In this document: positions 39,590 through 50,856 of the stretch, in pieces
How positions within the stretch are numbered: the first letter of the stretch is position 1
How the letters are laid out: each line of letters starts with the position of its first letter
Source of the DNA: Cyanophora paradoxa CCMP329
Lineage: Eukaryota; Plantae; Glaucophyta
Reading direction: 5' to 3'
DNA: 64,000 bases
Assembly (NCBI GenBank): GCA_004431415.1
Contig: QPMI01000671.1
Location: forward strand, 111,172-175,171
Made by a program: the position numbers and the translations under genes
The notes under the pieces: model-generated
The model's input: only the letters and a program-made list of their open reading frames with translations
What the model was told of the DNA's origin: nothing
The model's database searches: none

Positions 39590-39958
39590 CGTGGCTAGGC
39601 CGTGTCGGGACTAGGAGGGGGGAGCAGCGATCGTGTATAGGCGTGTATAGACACAACACGCACCGCGCGGCGCCGCCGTCGCGGTCCGCCCGGAAGCCGC
39701 ACCCGGGGCGGCACTCGAAGACCCTCTTCGAGCCGAGCCCGTAGTTGATCTTGCCGCACACCCCGCACGTCTTCGAGGTCCAGGCCTCGCAGACGAGCTG
39801 GAGCGTGCACGGAGGGTCCTCGTCCTTGGGGTGCCGCCGGACGGCGTGCTGCAGGAGCTGGCGGAACCTGCGCAAAATAAGCATCAAGACCGCGTGGCAG
39901 AGGGGGTCGAAACGCAAGACCAGCGTACTCGTAGTGGCGGCAGTCGAGAGCCAACTCT
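39590..39958 (-). pseudogene. Truncated, intron-containing Fanzor/TnpB nuclease C-terminus (RuvC-II, Zn finger, RuvC-III)
   Basis: ALDCRHYE^FRQLLQH...LVCEAWTSKTCGVCGKINYGLGSKRVFECRPGCGFRADRDGGAAR; GT-AG intron 39928-39868 joins HYE to FRQLL in frame. Confidence 0.85.
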
Positions 39959-40274
39959 GATTCCGATCGTAATCGCAACTCAAATCATCTTTGATCGAAG
40001 TCCAACCCTAGGGCCTGCCGCAGTGCCAGTCATTTTTTTTACTATTATTCAAGTAACATAGCAGCCCACAGGGGCGCCTATAGCTGTTAGCTTTGGCCGG
40101 CTCTTAAATGTTATCCACATAAATGCCACATGCCATCGAATATATTGACGTGACATGTGATGTTCGCTAGCGCTAGCTATAGGGGGCGACAATGAGTAGC
40201 TATATAGGCTACGTATATGTAAAAGTTCGCTGGCGATCGAGATGCCATGATGCAGCCCCGTTGCCAAACTGCTC

Positions 40275-40555
40275 GCATTTGGACACTCGTGGAAACGTAC
40301 TGCTTGCATTTCAAACCGCAATTCCGGGCTACAAGTGTGGGATGTACACTGCGGCGGCTGCGACTGCGGGCTCTGCCCACCAGCGTTCTGGCCGGCCGGG
40401 CCCTGCGTGGCCGGCCCCCTAAGGAGAGTAATGCGCCTCCCCGCGGACACTCTAGCTAGCTAGAGCTACAAGTGCCCGCACGGCGGATGCAGCATCGCGT
40501 CTTGTGGCGGCGAGGGTCGTCTTGTGGCGGTAGCGGGAGCCCCTACGGGAGCCCC
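40275..40555 (+). mobile_element. Repeat family A copy, with further decayed sequence to about 40800
   Basis: GCATTTGGACAC...CGGGCTACAAGTGTGGGATGTACACTGCGG...AAGGAGAGTAATGCGCCTCCC...GGGAGCCCCTACGGG. Confidence 0.82.
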
Positions 40556-41027
40556 TGAACCCTAATCGTAATCGCAGATCAGGCTTAAGGACCGGAGGGG
40601 GCCGGCCTGTTCGCGCAGAAAGTTGGCATTGGCGGCATTGGCGCGAACGGGAAACGGCGTTGCCGCAGACCCAGCCTGCCGGCGAAACGGCCGCATCGTG
40701 TCTTGGGCGGTGGTGTGAGTGCTGCATCGCATCTTGATCGGTGGTGGGGGCTCCTACGGGCTCGAGGGCCAGACAAGGAGTTAGCCTGCGAGCGGCCGCA
40801 AGGCGCAACCGGTCAATCAGACCGAAATCAAAGCCTTGGATCGGAATCAGCCCGAGAGGCACCTGAAAATCCCTTTGCTGACAGTTAGCCTGAGACACAG
40901 TCCGGATCTTTCAGCTGGCACTGACACTTTCAGCTCCGATCAAAGACGCACCTAAATCGTGTATTCGATCCAGATTCGTAGCTCTTCTATAGAAGACTGA
41001 GGACAATCGTCCACCATGGGACCTCCG

Positions 41028-41546
41028 TCACCTCCGCTGGAGCCGGGCCGTTACTGTCGAGATGCGAGGCTGGTGGCGAGAGGCATTCGATTGGGGCCGG
41101 AATCCTCGTGCCTCAAGCTGAGGGTGCTCCTGACCGTCGATGTGCTGATCCAAAGGCTGCCGCCGACGTCGAGGGGAGCTATCGGCGGTCGAGGACCCTT
41201 TCTCGTTGATGCGCGGCGTGGGGTGCTGGCGGGCGGAAGTCATGAGTGCCGGCCCGATCGACCTCCTGGCTGGGAAACCCAGGGGTCCGACCGGGCCAGG
41301 CGAACGAGCCAGGGCGTCCAGAGCAAGCGACGTCGCCAGCGGGCCTGACTGCATGCCGGATGGCGACGCCCCAGCGCCAGCAGACGCCGGGCGTGAAGCG
41401 AGCAGCTGTTTTGAGCCTTGCGCAGCTTGCTGCCAAGCCGAAATCTCTGCACGGTGCACTTCCCTAAGAGACTCTTCCACGATGCGTGATGCAGCCCGTT
41501 CAATCTGGTCGAGTGCGAGCTCCGCTCGGCGCTCCAGCTGAGGCAT
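41028..41546 (-). CDS. Hypothetical protein (3' end uncertain)
   Basis: 172-codon ORF with helical N-terminus, divergent from YidD at the spacing typical of the other gene pairs; no family recognised. Confidence 0.4.
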   Translation of the reverse strand: MPQLERRAELALDQIERAASRIVEESLREVHRAEISAWQQAAQGSKQLLASRPASAGAGASPSGMQSGPLATSLALDALARSPGPVGPLGFPARRSIGPALMTSARQHPTPRINEKGSSTADSSPRRRRQPLDQHIDGQEHPQLEARGFRPQSNASRHQPRISTVTARLQRR

Positions 41547-41808
41547 AGCTAGCTAATCCCGAATCCCGAGCAGGCCGGACAAAAGCCTGAGCAATAGCCG
41601 GACAATAGCCGGCGGAGCTGGTGGAAGTCGCTGGAGAAGCCAGCCACAGAATTTCGAGTCGGAATTCGAATTTCCGACTCGGAAATGCGAAGTAGGGTAG
41701 AGCTCAACTGCACGAACCTTTCCTCTTCTCCGGATCCGGCCGCACGCGTACGTACGCGTCGAATCCATTATCTCCACAGCTAGCCTGACAGCAGGGCGCA
41801 TGCTAGAA

Positions 41809-42225
41809 ATGGAGCGCGTGGCCTTCGTCCAGTTCGTCAGCGCGGCCCCGGTTCCATGGCCGAGGCGCCTGGAGCTGCAAGCGCGACGACAAGGCGTTCT
41901 ATCCTTGCGCTGCGAGCGCGGCGCCGGCAGCGACGGGGCTGAAGAGGGCTCGGAAGGAGAGCTGCCCGGCGCGGCCGCGGCTGCCATGATTCGGGGTGTA
42001 CGGGTATATCAGGAGCTGAGCAGGAGCATATCGCGAGGCCCCTCTTGTCGTTTTGTCCCGACTTGCTCGGCCTACGCTATTGGCGCGATCCGTCGATACG
42101 GGGCGCTTCAGGGCGGCTTCCTCAGCGCGTACAGGATTCTGCGCTGTAATCCACTTTGTTCTGAGCCCTTCGAAGTTGATCCGCCTGAGCGTTACGGGGA
42201 GAAGTTTTTCGGAAACCAAAGGTGA
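41809..42225 (+). CDS. yidD: Plastid-targeted YidD-like membrane protein insertion efficiency factor
   Basis: MERVAFV transit start; MIRGVRVYQELS...SCRFVPTCSAYAIGAIRRYGALQGGFLSAYRILRCNPL with the three conserved Cys; intronless (alternative ATG at 41800). Confidence 0.87.
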   Translation: MERVAFVQFVSAAPVPWPRRLELQARRQGVLSLRCERGAGSDGAEEGSEGELPGAAAAAMIRGVRVYQELSRSISRGPSCRFVPTCSAYAIGAIRRYGALQGGFLSAYRILRCNPLCSEPFEVDPPERYGEKFFGNQR

Positions 42226-42479
42226 ATCGAGCAATCTCTGGAGACTCACAGCCAGTGCGATGCAGCTAACGTCGCGCAGGAAGAAGTGATGTGGCTGTGG
42301 CAGTCGGCTCAGGTCCTCCGGGCTTCACAGTGCCAGCATCCTCGCTGCAGCTTGCGCAGCAGATTCAGGTTAATCGGGCGGCCGCCCAGCAGCAAGGGCG
42401 CAGCTGAGCTGTAGAGCTAGTACTGACCAATACAAGTACAAGTTGTGGTCCATGGCCGCGCCAGCATGTCCCTTGCAAT

Positions 42480-42760
42480 TGTGGTCGTAATTCTTCGGGG
42501 CTTGTCTGTGCCGGCCTAGCTGATCGTAATTGTAATTCTTAAGCTTATCTCCCTGACCTGATCCGATCGTAATTCCTTTGGAGCTTAAGCTTAGCTGTGG
42601 TCGTAATTCTTGCCTATACCGATCTGGCTGCGTGGCTGGTCGTGCTCGTACTTCTTAAGCTTATCTCCCTGACCTGATCCGGGATCCGATAGTAATTCCT
42701 TTGCAATTGGAGCTAGCGCTTAAGCTTAGCTTAACTCTAGATCTGGTCGTAATTCTTGGC
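42480..42760. repeat. Local tandem duplication (42536-42612 vs 42652-42758) with palindromic insertions in the second copy
   Basis: ttcttaagcttatctccctgacctgatcc...gtaattcctttg...tggtcgtaattcttg twice. Confidence 0.85.
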
Positions 42761-43147
42761 AGCACAGTGAACTTCGACTCCTTGCTCTCGGAGCCGGTGC
42801 TGGTCTTAAATATTGTCGAGACCAGAGAGAGCCGCCGTCAAACCTTCCTGCATTGCCAGCTGCCCCGGACCAGTTTGTTGAATCTGCGGACCAGTCAGGC
42901 GTGCGAGCTTGGGTGCGCTCCACTTCCGAAGTTCCGTTCGCTCGCCTTCTCTCCTCGCTAGGCGCGATTCAATGATTGCGAGCCTTAAGAGTCTAAGATC
43001 AAGCTCAAGCCGCCGAGCTCAAAGCCTGAGCAAGAACGGATAGCGCCGAACCTGGCCGAATTCGAAGGCACAACAGCGCTAGCAGCAACAGCCGAACACA
43101 CACAGAAATTCGAAGGCCGAACATCGTGTACTGTCCCAGCGCCAGGA

Positions 43148-45895
43148 CTACAAATTTACAAACAAGTCATCGTCATCTGCTGCTACGTCTGCCTGCCTCC
43201 TCGCAGGCGGCACCATGTTTTGTGCTAAGTTGAGACGCTCTGGAAGGTAATGGTACATGGGCTTCTCCGGCGAGACGAACTCCCCAATTCTGTTGTCGAA
43301 ATTGCTACCCTCCTGAAGCTGCTGCCACCGTGGTTTCGACCAGTCCATTACGATGTGAGTCGTCTTGTCTTGGGCCTTCAATGGTGTTGGCCTTGTCTTT
43401 GGTGTTGCGTGGTGTATTTGCTGTCGCTCAAATATGAGTGGTGATTTCCTTGCCAGAACTGCTTGAGTCTCGTCGAACAGGTGGCTCTCTCGGCTGTTCG
43501 AGACTGCCGTCGACATCGTTCGAGGTCGAAAAGTGCACTGGCAGCAGGAATCAGAACGCTGCGGAAATCCAATGTAAAGGAACCCACCTCTTCGACTTCA
43601 GCCAGCATCTTTTCCTGTCTCTCCCTCTCTAGCTTTGCCTGTCGCCTTTCCAAGTAATCCGACACTCTGTGCACAATGCTCACATCTGCAAGCGATTAGA
43701 ACAAGTTCGATCGCATGCACAGTGTCAACGAAAATGACGCACAATGCGGAGGCAACTTCCGAAGGGTCTTCTTGATGCTAGGGCGAAAGGTGCATTCTTC
43801 CAACTGCTCCTCTTCCTTCTTTGACTGCAGCATCAGAAGCTTCTGTTTCACCCGCTCGTGCTGTGAATGTGTCATGATAGGAGAAACCAACAGACAACAT
43901 AAACTGACCTTGGATGCCAGAAGCTCGGCACGGTGCAGCCCTGAGGCCTCACCATGAACCTGCTGGTCTAGTGCACGCGATGTCCGGTTGATTTTCGGCC
44001 TGAGTGCAGGTGAGCGATACGCGTATACGTGATTTTTTAATCGCTGACTTGAACGTAATCTGTTTCTCTCTTTCCAACAGTTGCTGCTCCAAGAAATCCC
44101 GAGCTGCCCGATTTGGCTTGTAAAGACCTGTGAGACGATCCATATGCGACAGATGAAGGCGCTTCTCCTGCAAGAGCTGGCTCTTCAAACTGCAGAGATA
44201 ATTCGCTTCAGTAAGGGACGTACCAGCATTTGCACTAGAATCTCGCTGTTGAAGGAGATCTTTGGCTTTTCTGACAACATCTTCAGTTCAAGTGCTTGCC
44301 GTTCAATGAGGCGCTGCCTTCTTCTCATTAGCTCCAGTCCTTGCGCATAAAGACCTTCAGAGACGGTGGAAGCACTTGATGGCTGATTGAATTTCAAATG
44401 AGCCCCGAGAAATATGCACGAAAGCTTGGCGGACCCGCTGTGCTGCCTTGAGCGAGATTCGAGGCTTGAACAGCTGCCCATCCTGTTGTCCTTCCGAGTC
44501 TTGGAGCTGATCATCATTCGTCAGCACTCGATTTAACAGTTGAAGAAAAAATGCACACCTGGGCAAGCATCTCTCGCTTTCCGCGAAGGGCAAATGACTG
44601 CTGGTATAGCCTTTCGAAGGGATCGCCATTGCGAATAAGATTTGCAGAATGGACTGATATTTGCGGGCAAGCTTCCGCTGCATCGAGCATAAGTCTTGCA
44701 CATGTTTTTGCGATGCGAAAACTCACCTTTATCAAATTTCTCCTTCTCACGGGCTAGAGCCTCCTTCTTCATCTTTGAGATAAGGCCCTGCAGTTTACAG
44801 TCAGTGGCGAGGTCAGGAAAAGACACTCAAAGGATATTCTCGACCTGATAAATAAGGCGGTCGGCAACTGAACCTTCGCGCTGTGATGTTGAGACGATTT
44901 GGTGGGACATATTACAAATCTTGGGTACGCCAGGCACTCTAATGCTGTCTTTCTGCTCACTGTACTCTTGAGCTTCCTTCAATCTCCGCTGCCGCTCTTC
45001 CTCCCAGCTGAACAGGAACTCCTCAACCGGCATATTGCGCACAAGCTGCTTGGAAACTGGATTGATGTCCGGCTTTCCAGACACTTCATACAGCTCCGCC
45101 TCATCTTTCCTCGAACGCATGTTCTCTACGAATCGCTTGTGAAGGTCAGCATACTCTAGCAGCCGTTCCGCCACGTCTGAATGTCGGTTTGATGCGATCT
45201 TCTTTGACCGCCGATCAATTTGGGGGACGTCCCGGTTCTCCGATATCTGGCGAAAGCCCTCAGCGATGCCATCTCGGCTCGCTGCTCGAAAAATGGCCCC
45301 GCACCTCGTCCTGCTCCTTCTTCTTTCTCATCTTGTCCAGGCGGCTCATCACTTCCTGGTACTTGTGTATGAGGCGCTTCTCGATAATGATTCCGTCCCT
45401 CCGGAGCTTCCGCGCTTTCTCACTGATTGCGGGCTTCCAGGTGCCCGCCTGCTCCTCCTTTCGCTTTCGCAGCTCCTCCGCCCGCTTCCGGACCTGCACC
45501 GGCGCTTGTCAGACCAGCGCGCAGCAGTCTCACGAGCTCGGGCGCTAGGCGGACTGACCTTTTCACCGTAGCTAAGCAGCCTTTCGATCACAGCGTCTGT
45601 GTGCGCCGTCCCATGCGTAATAGTGGAGCCGCGCGTCGACCTGAGCGGCGCGCGTCGGCACCAGACGCAAGCGAGCGCAACAGCACGCGCACGGAGGAGT
45701 CTTCGAGAACCGCGGTTGCGCATAGCTAGGCCGCTTCACGCTTTGATCAGGCGATGCTGACAACGATGAGTCCGCCTCCGCCGCCTGGTTGGCAAGCATT
45801 TCGCGGTAGCTCTGAAGCTCGTTGTACGTTTCCCGATAGGAGGCTTCGAGCTGCTGGACCTCCTGCAGGGCCGCACTTCCTTCGGAGTGCGCCAT
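43148..45895 (-). CDS. Coiled-coil protein with repeated (CT)F(K/R)PxI motifs; possibly microtubule- or cilium-associated
   Basis: Many spliced exons: GTWKPAISEKARKL, VSGKPDINPVSKQL, PFERLYQQS, LFKPRIS, LEECTFRPSIKK, CTFRPRT. Confidence 0.65.
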
Positions 45896-47199
45896 TCGCG
45901 GTCAAGGATCGAAGCACACCACTCGGCGCCGCTGGAAGCTGCGGGGATCCGCCCCGTCGCAAGCTACGGGCGCTAGGCAGGGGTTACCTAGGCTTGGACA
46001 CTATCTGCGTTGGCTGCGTTGGGAGGCTGTTTAAGGAGGCTGCGTTGGGGCTGGTCACGGGGGAGACGTTGGGTGCTAGTGAGGCTGTACCCCAACAGCT
46101 CAACTGCAGCTGAACTGCTGCTGAACTGCTGCTAAACTTCAGCTTGACCTGCTACTTTGAACTGCACCCAGCGCTTATACCGGTGGTGCTCCTCCGCGCC
46201 CCGCCCCGCCAGCAAGCTCGGCGACGTCCGCCGGCGCCCCGAGGGGGACGGCGAGGGCGTCACTGAGTCAGCCGCTCGAGCTCCCGCCGCTGGGGGGGCG
46301 TGCCCCCGTCCAGCAGCGACGAGCTCTGCTCCTTGAAGCGGTTCCGCCGCGGGCGCGGGCGCGAGGGCGAGGCAGCCGCGGGCGACCCCGGCGTGCACGT
46401 GCCGCCCGCCCCCGCACGTGCACGTGCGGCCGCCGCCGCCGCCGCGCGCGGGGGCGGCACGGGCCGGGGGGGTTCCATAGGACATTTAATATAATTTCGC
46501 CTCAACTAGTACTAGTACGTGCGGGGCAACCATGGACCGCGACTTCAACGGGGCGCGGTGCGTGCGCGCGCACCTCGGCCCGGGCCCCATGGCCAGTTAA
46601 CGTTTTTCCTGCCCCGCCGCGTTACATTTCTCGCAGGAACATCACGCTTCGGAAGGCCTCGGGTGCGGACGACGCCGACGGGGAAGCCCCTCCGCTGGAG
46701 GTCGCGGCCGTCGACGTCGACGTCCCGGCACGAGCTCGAGCCCCGGCCCCGGACCCCGCACCGGATCCGGACCCTGAGGCGCCCGGCTCCTCGTCGGCGG
46801 CCCCGCCACCGGCGAAGAGGCAGCGCCTGCAGTTTAGCTAGCTATACCTATGGCTAGCGCTAGCGCTAGCGCTAGCTCCTCGATCGCGAGCTAGCTCTCC
46901 GTTGGTTGACCACCAACCTCTTCCGCCCACAGTCTTGTGCGGCGCCGGTTAGCGCGTAGACCGGATAGAGGGGCTCCGTTCCCCAGGACACTCCCTTTGT
47001 TCACAGCGTCGAATTCGAAGTCGTACCATATACACGTAGTGTGTGCTGTACCCGTAGACGCGTGTCACAGGCCGAGCTCGAGTTTGTTCAATTGCACCCA
47101 GCGCTTCCGAAGTCCGCCGCCGCCGTCGCTTTGGCCGAACGCGCCGCCGGCGCGTAGCAGACCCAAGGGCGTGCCACGGTGTGCGTCCGCACGCGCGCG

Positions 47200-47764
47200 G
47201 ATGGCGGCGAGCCTGCGAAGCGCCCTGCCCTGGCCGGTCGCGCGCGCACGCTTCTCGGCCGAGCCACGAGTGCAAGTACGTATGCACCTCCGCCGCAGCC
47301 CCGAGCCTGCCAGCTAATAGTATGCGTAGGTGGAGCTGCGCTGGATCCTCAGTTCGCGCCGTCCCATCGCGCTGCCCCCGCGTCAATTGACCGAGCCGCA
47401 GATTCCGATTTGCGATACGTATTCGGCGGCTCGAGCAAGATGGACGGAACGAGCACGTGGCACTTCGATGTCGAGGTGTGGGCGCCGTGCCGACGCTCTA
47501 GCGAGGCTCGATCCCGGGCGCGCGCAGCACAAATCCTTCCCGTACGTGCGCGGCCTTGTGGCGCCGACCCCGGGCTTCGCCGTGTTCTTCCCCGTCGAGC
47601 TCGACGACGTGCGTGCCGGCCTCCGCATTCGTTTCGCCTTTAGTTGACCCCCGCCGGCTCTTTCGCCCCACACGCAGCTGACGAAAGCGCGCCACCCTTA
47701 CCCTAACCGACGGCTTTCAATTAACCGTCTCCCTGAGTCGCTTTTCGGCAGGTCGTACTTTGCG
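47200..47764 (+). CDS. Small multi-exon hypothetical gene (end uncertain)
   Basis: Short introns can be joined in frame: MAASLRSALPW...RVQ-VELRWILN-SDLRYVFGGSSKMDGTSTWHFDVE-HKSFPYVRGLVAPTPGFAVFFPVELDD. Confidence 0.35.
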
Positions 47765-47985
47765 GTGAGTTCTTCCCCTGGCACGAGAGCAAGAGCAAGG
47801 GAGGGGCGTTCTCGATCGAGCTCCAAAGGCGGCTCCCCCTGTTCTGAGAGGCGCGTTCGTGGCATAGCTAGCACAGCCTAGCAGCACATCGGTGGTCTAA
47901 CGTAGTGCGCCGCGCGACAGTGAGTAGGCTACTACCGAAAGATCGAGTTCGCTCTATCGGTCGAGTGCGGCCCTTGCTTCGATTT

Positions 47986-50619
47986 CTAGCCTAGCTTCAA
48001 GCTTGGCTCTGCGGGGGAGGGGCCGGGCTGCGGCTGGGGCTTCGTCGCCTGGGATCCCATGCATGTCGAGCAGAAGAAGCGGAAGGCGGAGTGCAGGGAG
48101 GGTCGCTGCCGGGGGTCTGGCGTCCAGGCCCTGCGGGGCGGCGGAGCGGTGAGCTCGAGGCGGGGCCGGGGGCTCGGGGCGCGGGGCGACTTGGAGATGA
48201 CGAGGCGGGCGCAGGCCTCGCGGAGCTCGTCGCCCCTCTCGTCGCGGTCCGCGTCGAACGAGAGACCCTCCAGGAACTCGGCGGGGCGCTCCCCTGCCGC
48301 ACCCACGCCCTTGGCCGGGCGGCGCGGCCGGTGGCGCGGGGCGGGGCGGGGCGGGGCGGACCGGCGACAAGGAGGGCGGCGGCGTGGAGGGGATGGAGGC
48401 CGGCGAAGGGCTCGCGCCCCGAGAGGAGAAAGGAGGCGACGAGGGCCCACGTGCAGACCACCGCCCGGTCCAGCGCCGCCAGCGCCCCCTCCCACGCGCC
48501 GGAGCCCGCCCCGCCCCCATCCTCCTCGCACGCCACCGCGTAGCGCAGCGCCGGCGCCACGTCGGCCCCCGCCGGCTCCGGGCCCAGGAAGCCGATGAGA
48601 GAGGGCACGCGGACGGTGAACTCGTCCTGCACCGTTATGTGGTACGGGTCGAAAGCTCGGTACCTGCGTGGGGGCTCGATGGCCTGCGGGAGCGGGGGTA
48701 CAGTGGCAAGAAAAGGGGTAGAGAAAAACTGCGGGCCAGCGGCGGAGGGCGAGGACGGCCTCTGATGGGGAGGGGGCGGCGGAAAGGGCGTGCGCGCGGA
48801 CGGCGATGGCGCCGGCGAGTACCTGTCCACGCATTATTTGCTGAGCAACAACAATTAATCGCTCCAGGTGTAACGCACGGCCCGCGCGGCCTCAATACGG
48901 TCCGCCGCCGTGAGCGGCTCGGCATGCAGGTACCTGCAGAGCGGAAATGTCATGCGCGGGGGGCAGCGGCCGGTCGGGGAGCGAGGGAGGGCGGGGCGGG
49001 CCGGAAGAGGGTGGCGCCGCGGGCGCCCTCCATGACGGCGGCGCCGGAGGCCTCGTCGAGGAGCAGGCAGCGGGCGACGTGGCGGTCGGCCTGCGCGGCC
49101 CCCGCCCACGCCCCTCTCGGCAGCAGCTCCCCCGCCAGCAGCGTCACCCTGCGCCACCCGCCGGCGCGTTGGCGGGGCGCGGCTGGGGGCCCGCGGGGCG
49201 GCGCCCGCACCCCGTGCGCGTGCGGGAGGCCCCGAGGCGCTGCAGCGGAAGCGCGCGCGGCCGGGGCGAGCCACGCGAAGGGCTCCCCCAGCCGCATGTC
49301 AGCCCCCGACTCGGGCCCCGCCTCCTCGTCGCTCTCTTCGGGTTCGTCCCGGCGGCGCCAGGCCAGCACGACGCCGGCGCGCCGGCCCCGCAGCGGCTCT
49401 GCGAGCTCCACGCGCGCCGCGCCCAGCTCCAGCCCGTGGTCGCAGGGCGCCGAGGCCCGCTGCCGCGCTCCGCGCTGCGGCCCCGAGGGGCCGGACGAGG
49501 CGATCAGGCGCGCCTCGCAGCCCTCGTGATCGCCGTCGTCGTCGCTCCAGTCCCCCGTCAGGTCCACCTCCGCCACGCCGGCGGGCCCCTCAACGGCTTC
49601 CCGCTTCTCCCCGGACCCGGCGGCCCCCGGCAGCGGCGGCGGCTCCTCGAGGGGAAGCCGCCGCTCCTCGGGCCCCTCGGGCTCCTCCCCCCCCGCGGGG
49701 GCCTCGGGCAGCAGCAGCGCGAGGAGCGTCGGGAGCGCCTCCGCGCGCGGCCTCCGCTGCGGGTCAGCGTCCAGGCACGCCTGTGCTCGCCCCGTCGGCG
49801 TGGGAGGAGGGCTGCGCGCGCGGAGGGCGGACCTCGGCGAGGGGCCGCAGGCGGGCATCCATCGCATCGAGGGACGAGAGCGTCGCCTCATCGAAGGGCG
49901 TCCCTCCGACCAGCGACAGGTACCGGTCGTCTCCGGGCTTGCTCGCAGCGTGCGGCGCCACGCCCGTGAGGAGCTCGACGAGAAGGCAGCCCCACGCGAA
50001 CGTCTGCGTGCGCGCGCAGGCGTCGGCTCGGGGAGGAGGCGCGGGCGCGCGCCTTCGGCGGGCGCACGTCGCTCGCCCGCGCGTCCGCGGGCTCCGGGCG
50101 AAACGACTCGGCGGGCGTGTACCACGTCGAGGCAGACGCCGCGCGCGGGGGAGCCTCCTGCCGCAGCCCGTAGCCGAAGAGCTCGACGCGCGGACAGTCG
50201 GTTGCATCCAGCCGCACGCTCTCGGGGCTGAGGTTGCCGTGGACAATTCCCCGCGCGTGGAGGTTGCCCATGCCGCGCGCCACCTCCCTGAGCACGGCGA
50301 GCGCCTCGCGCAGCTCGATGCGTTCCCTCGCGCGCATCCAGTCCCGCAGCAGCGACATCGACTCGCGCCCCGTCCAGACGAGCACGTATACGCGGTTTCC
50401 GCCGCTCCCAGCGGGACCGCAGAGCTCGGCCGAGTCCGCGACGCCGCGCGGCGGCCACGCTGGGTCGCTGCTCCGAACAGCGCTGATCGCCTCATCCAGG
50501 CGCTCGCCGTCGAGCATACGAGCCTCGACGCGTCGGCCTCCGACCTCGAGAGCCGCGTCGCGGCGCCCAAAGAAGTCCCGTTCGACCAACTGGGTCAGCA
50601 GGCCGGCGGGAGCGTCCAT
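47986..50619 (-). CDS. Protein with two degenerate (pseudo)kinase domains, TKL-like
   Basis: Domain 1: VARGMGNLHARGIVHGNLSPESVRL...LFGYGL...SD-TFAWGCLLVELLTGVAP...CLDADPQRRP. Domain 2 C-lobe: TWALVASFLLSGREPFAGLHP...GERP...AWTPDPRQRPS. Confidence 0.65.
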
Positions 50620-50856
50620 TCTGCGCGCTGGGGGCGGCCACGGCGGCGGCCACCGCGGGCCTGTTGCCACTCCAGGGCCACCGGGGCCACTGGGCCAGCG
50701 CCTGAGGGGTACAGGGCAACCCCCATTACAAGGCAAGTTCGCGGCAGCTCTCGCGGCGCCGATTCGCGACTAGTTCGGCCCAAAAAGCGCCCATCTCAGC
50801 TCGTCCCAGCGTGCATCGCAGCCCAGCCCGTCCGGTTATCTCTCGCTTAGTCAATC

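Noticed and set aside
39590-39958. Functional Fanzor gene
   Set aside because: Only the C-terminal 80-90 codons remain; RuvC-I and the N-terminal domains are missing.
46132-46860. GC-rich ORFs between the coiled-coil gene and the small hypothetical gene
   Set aside because: No coherent exon chain or motif; interrupted by palindromic insertions, so probably decayed captured fragments.
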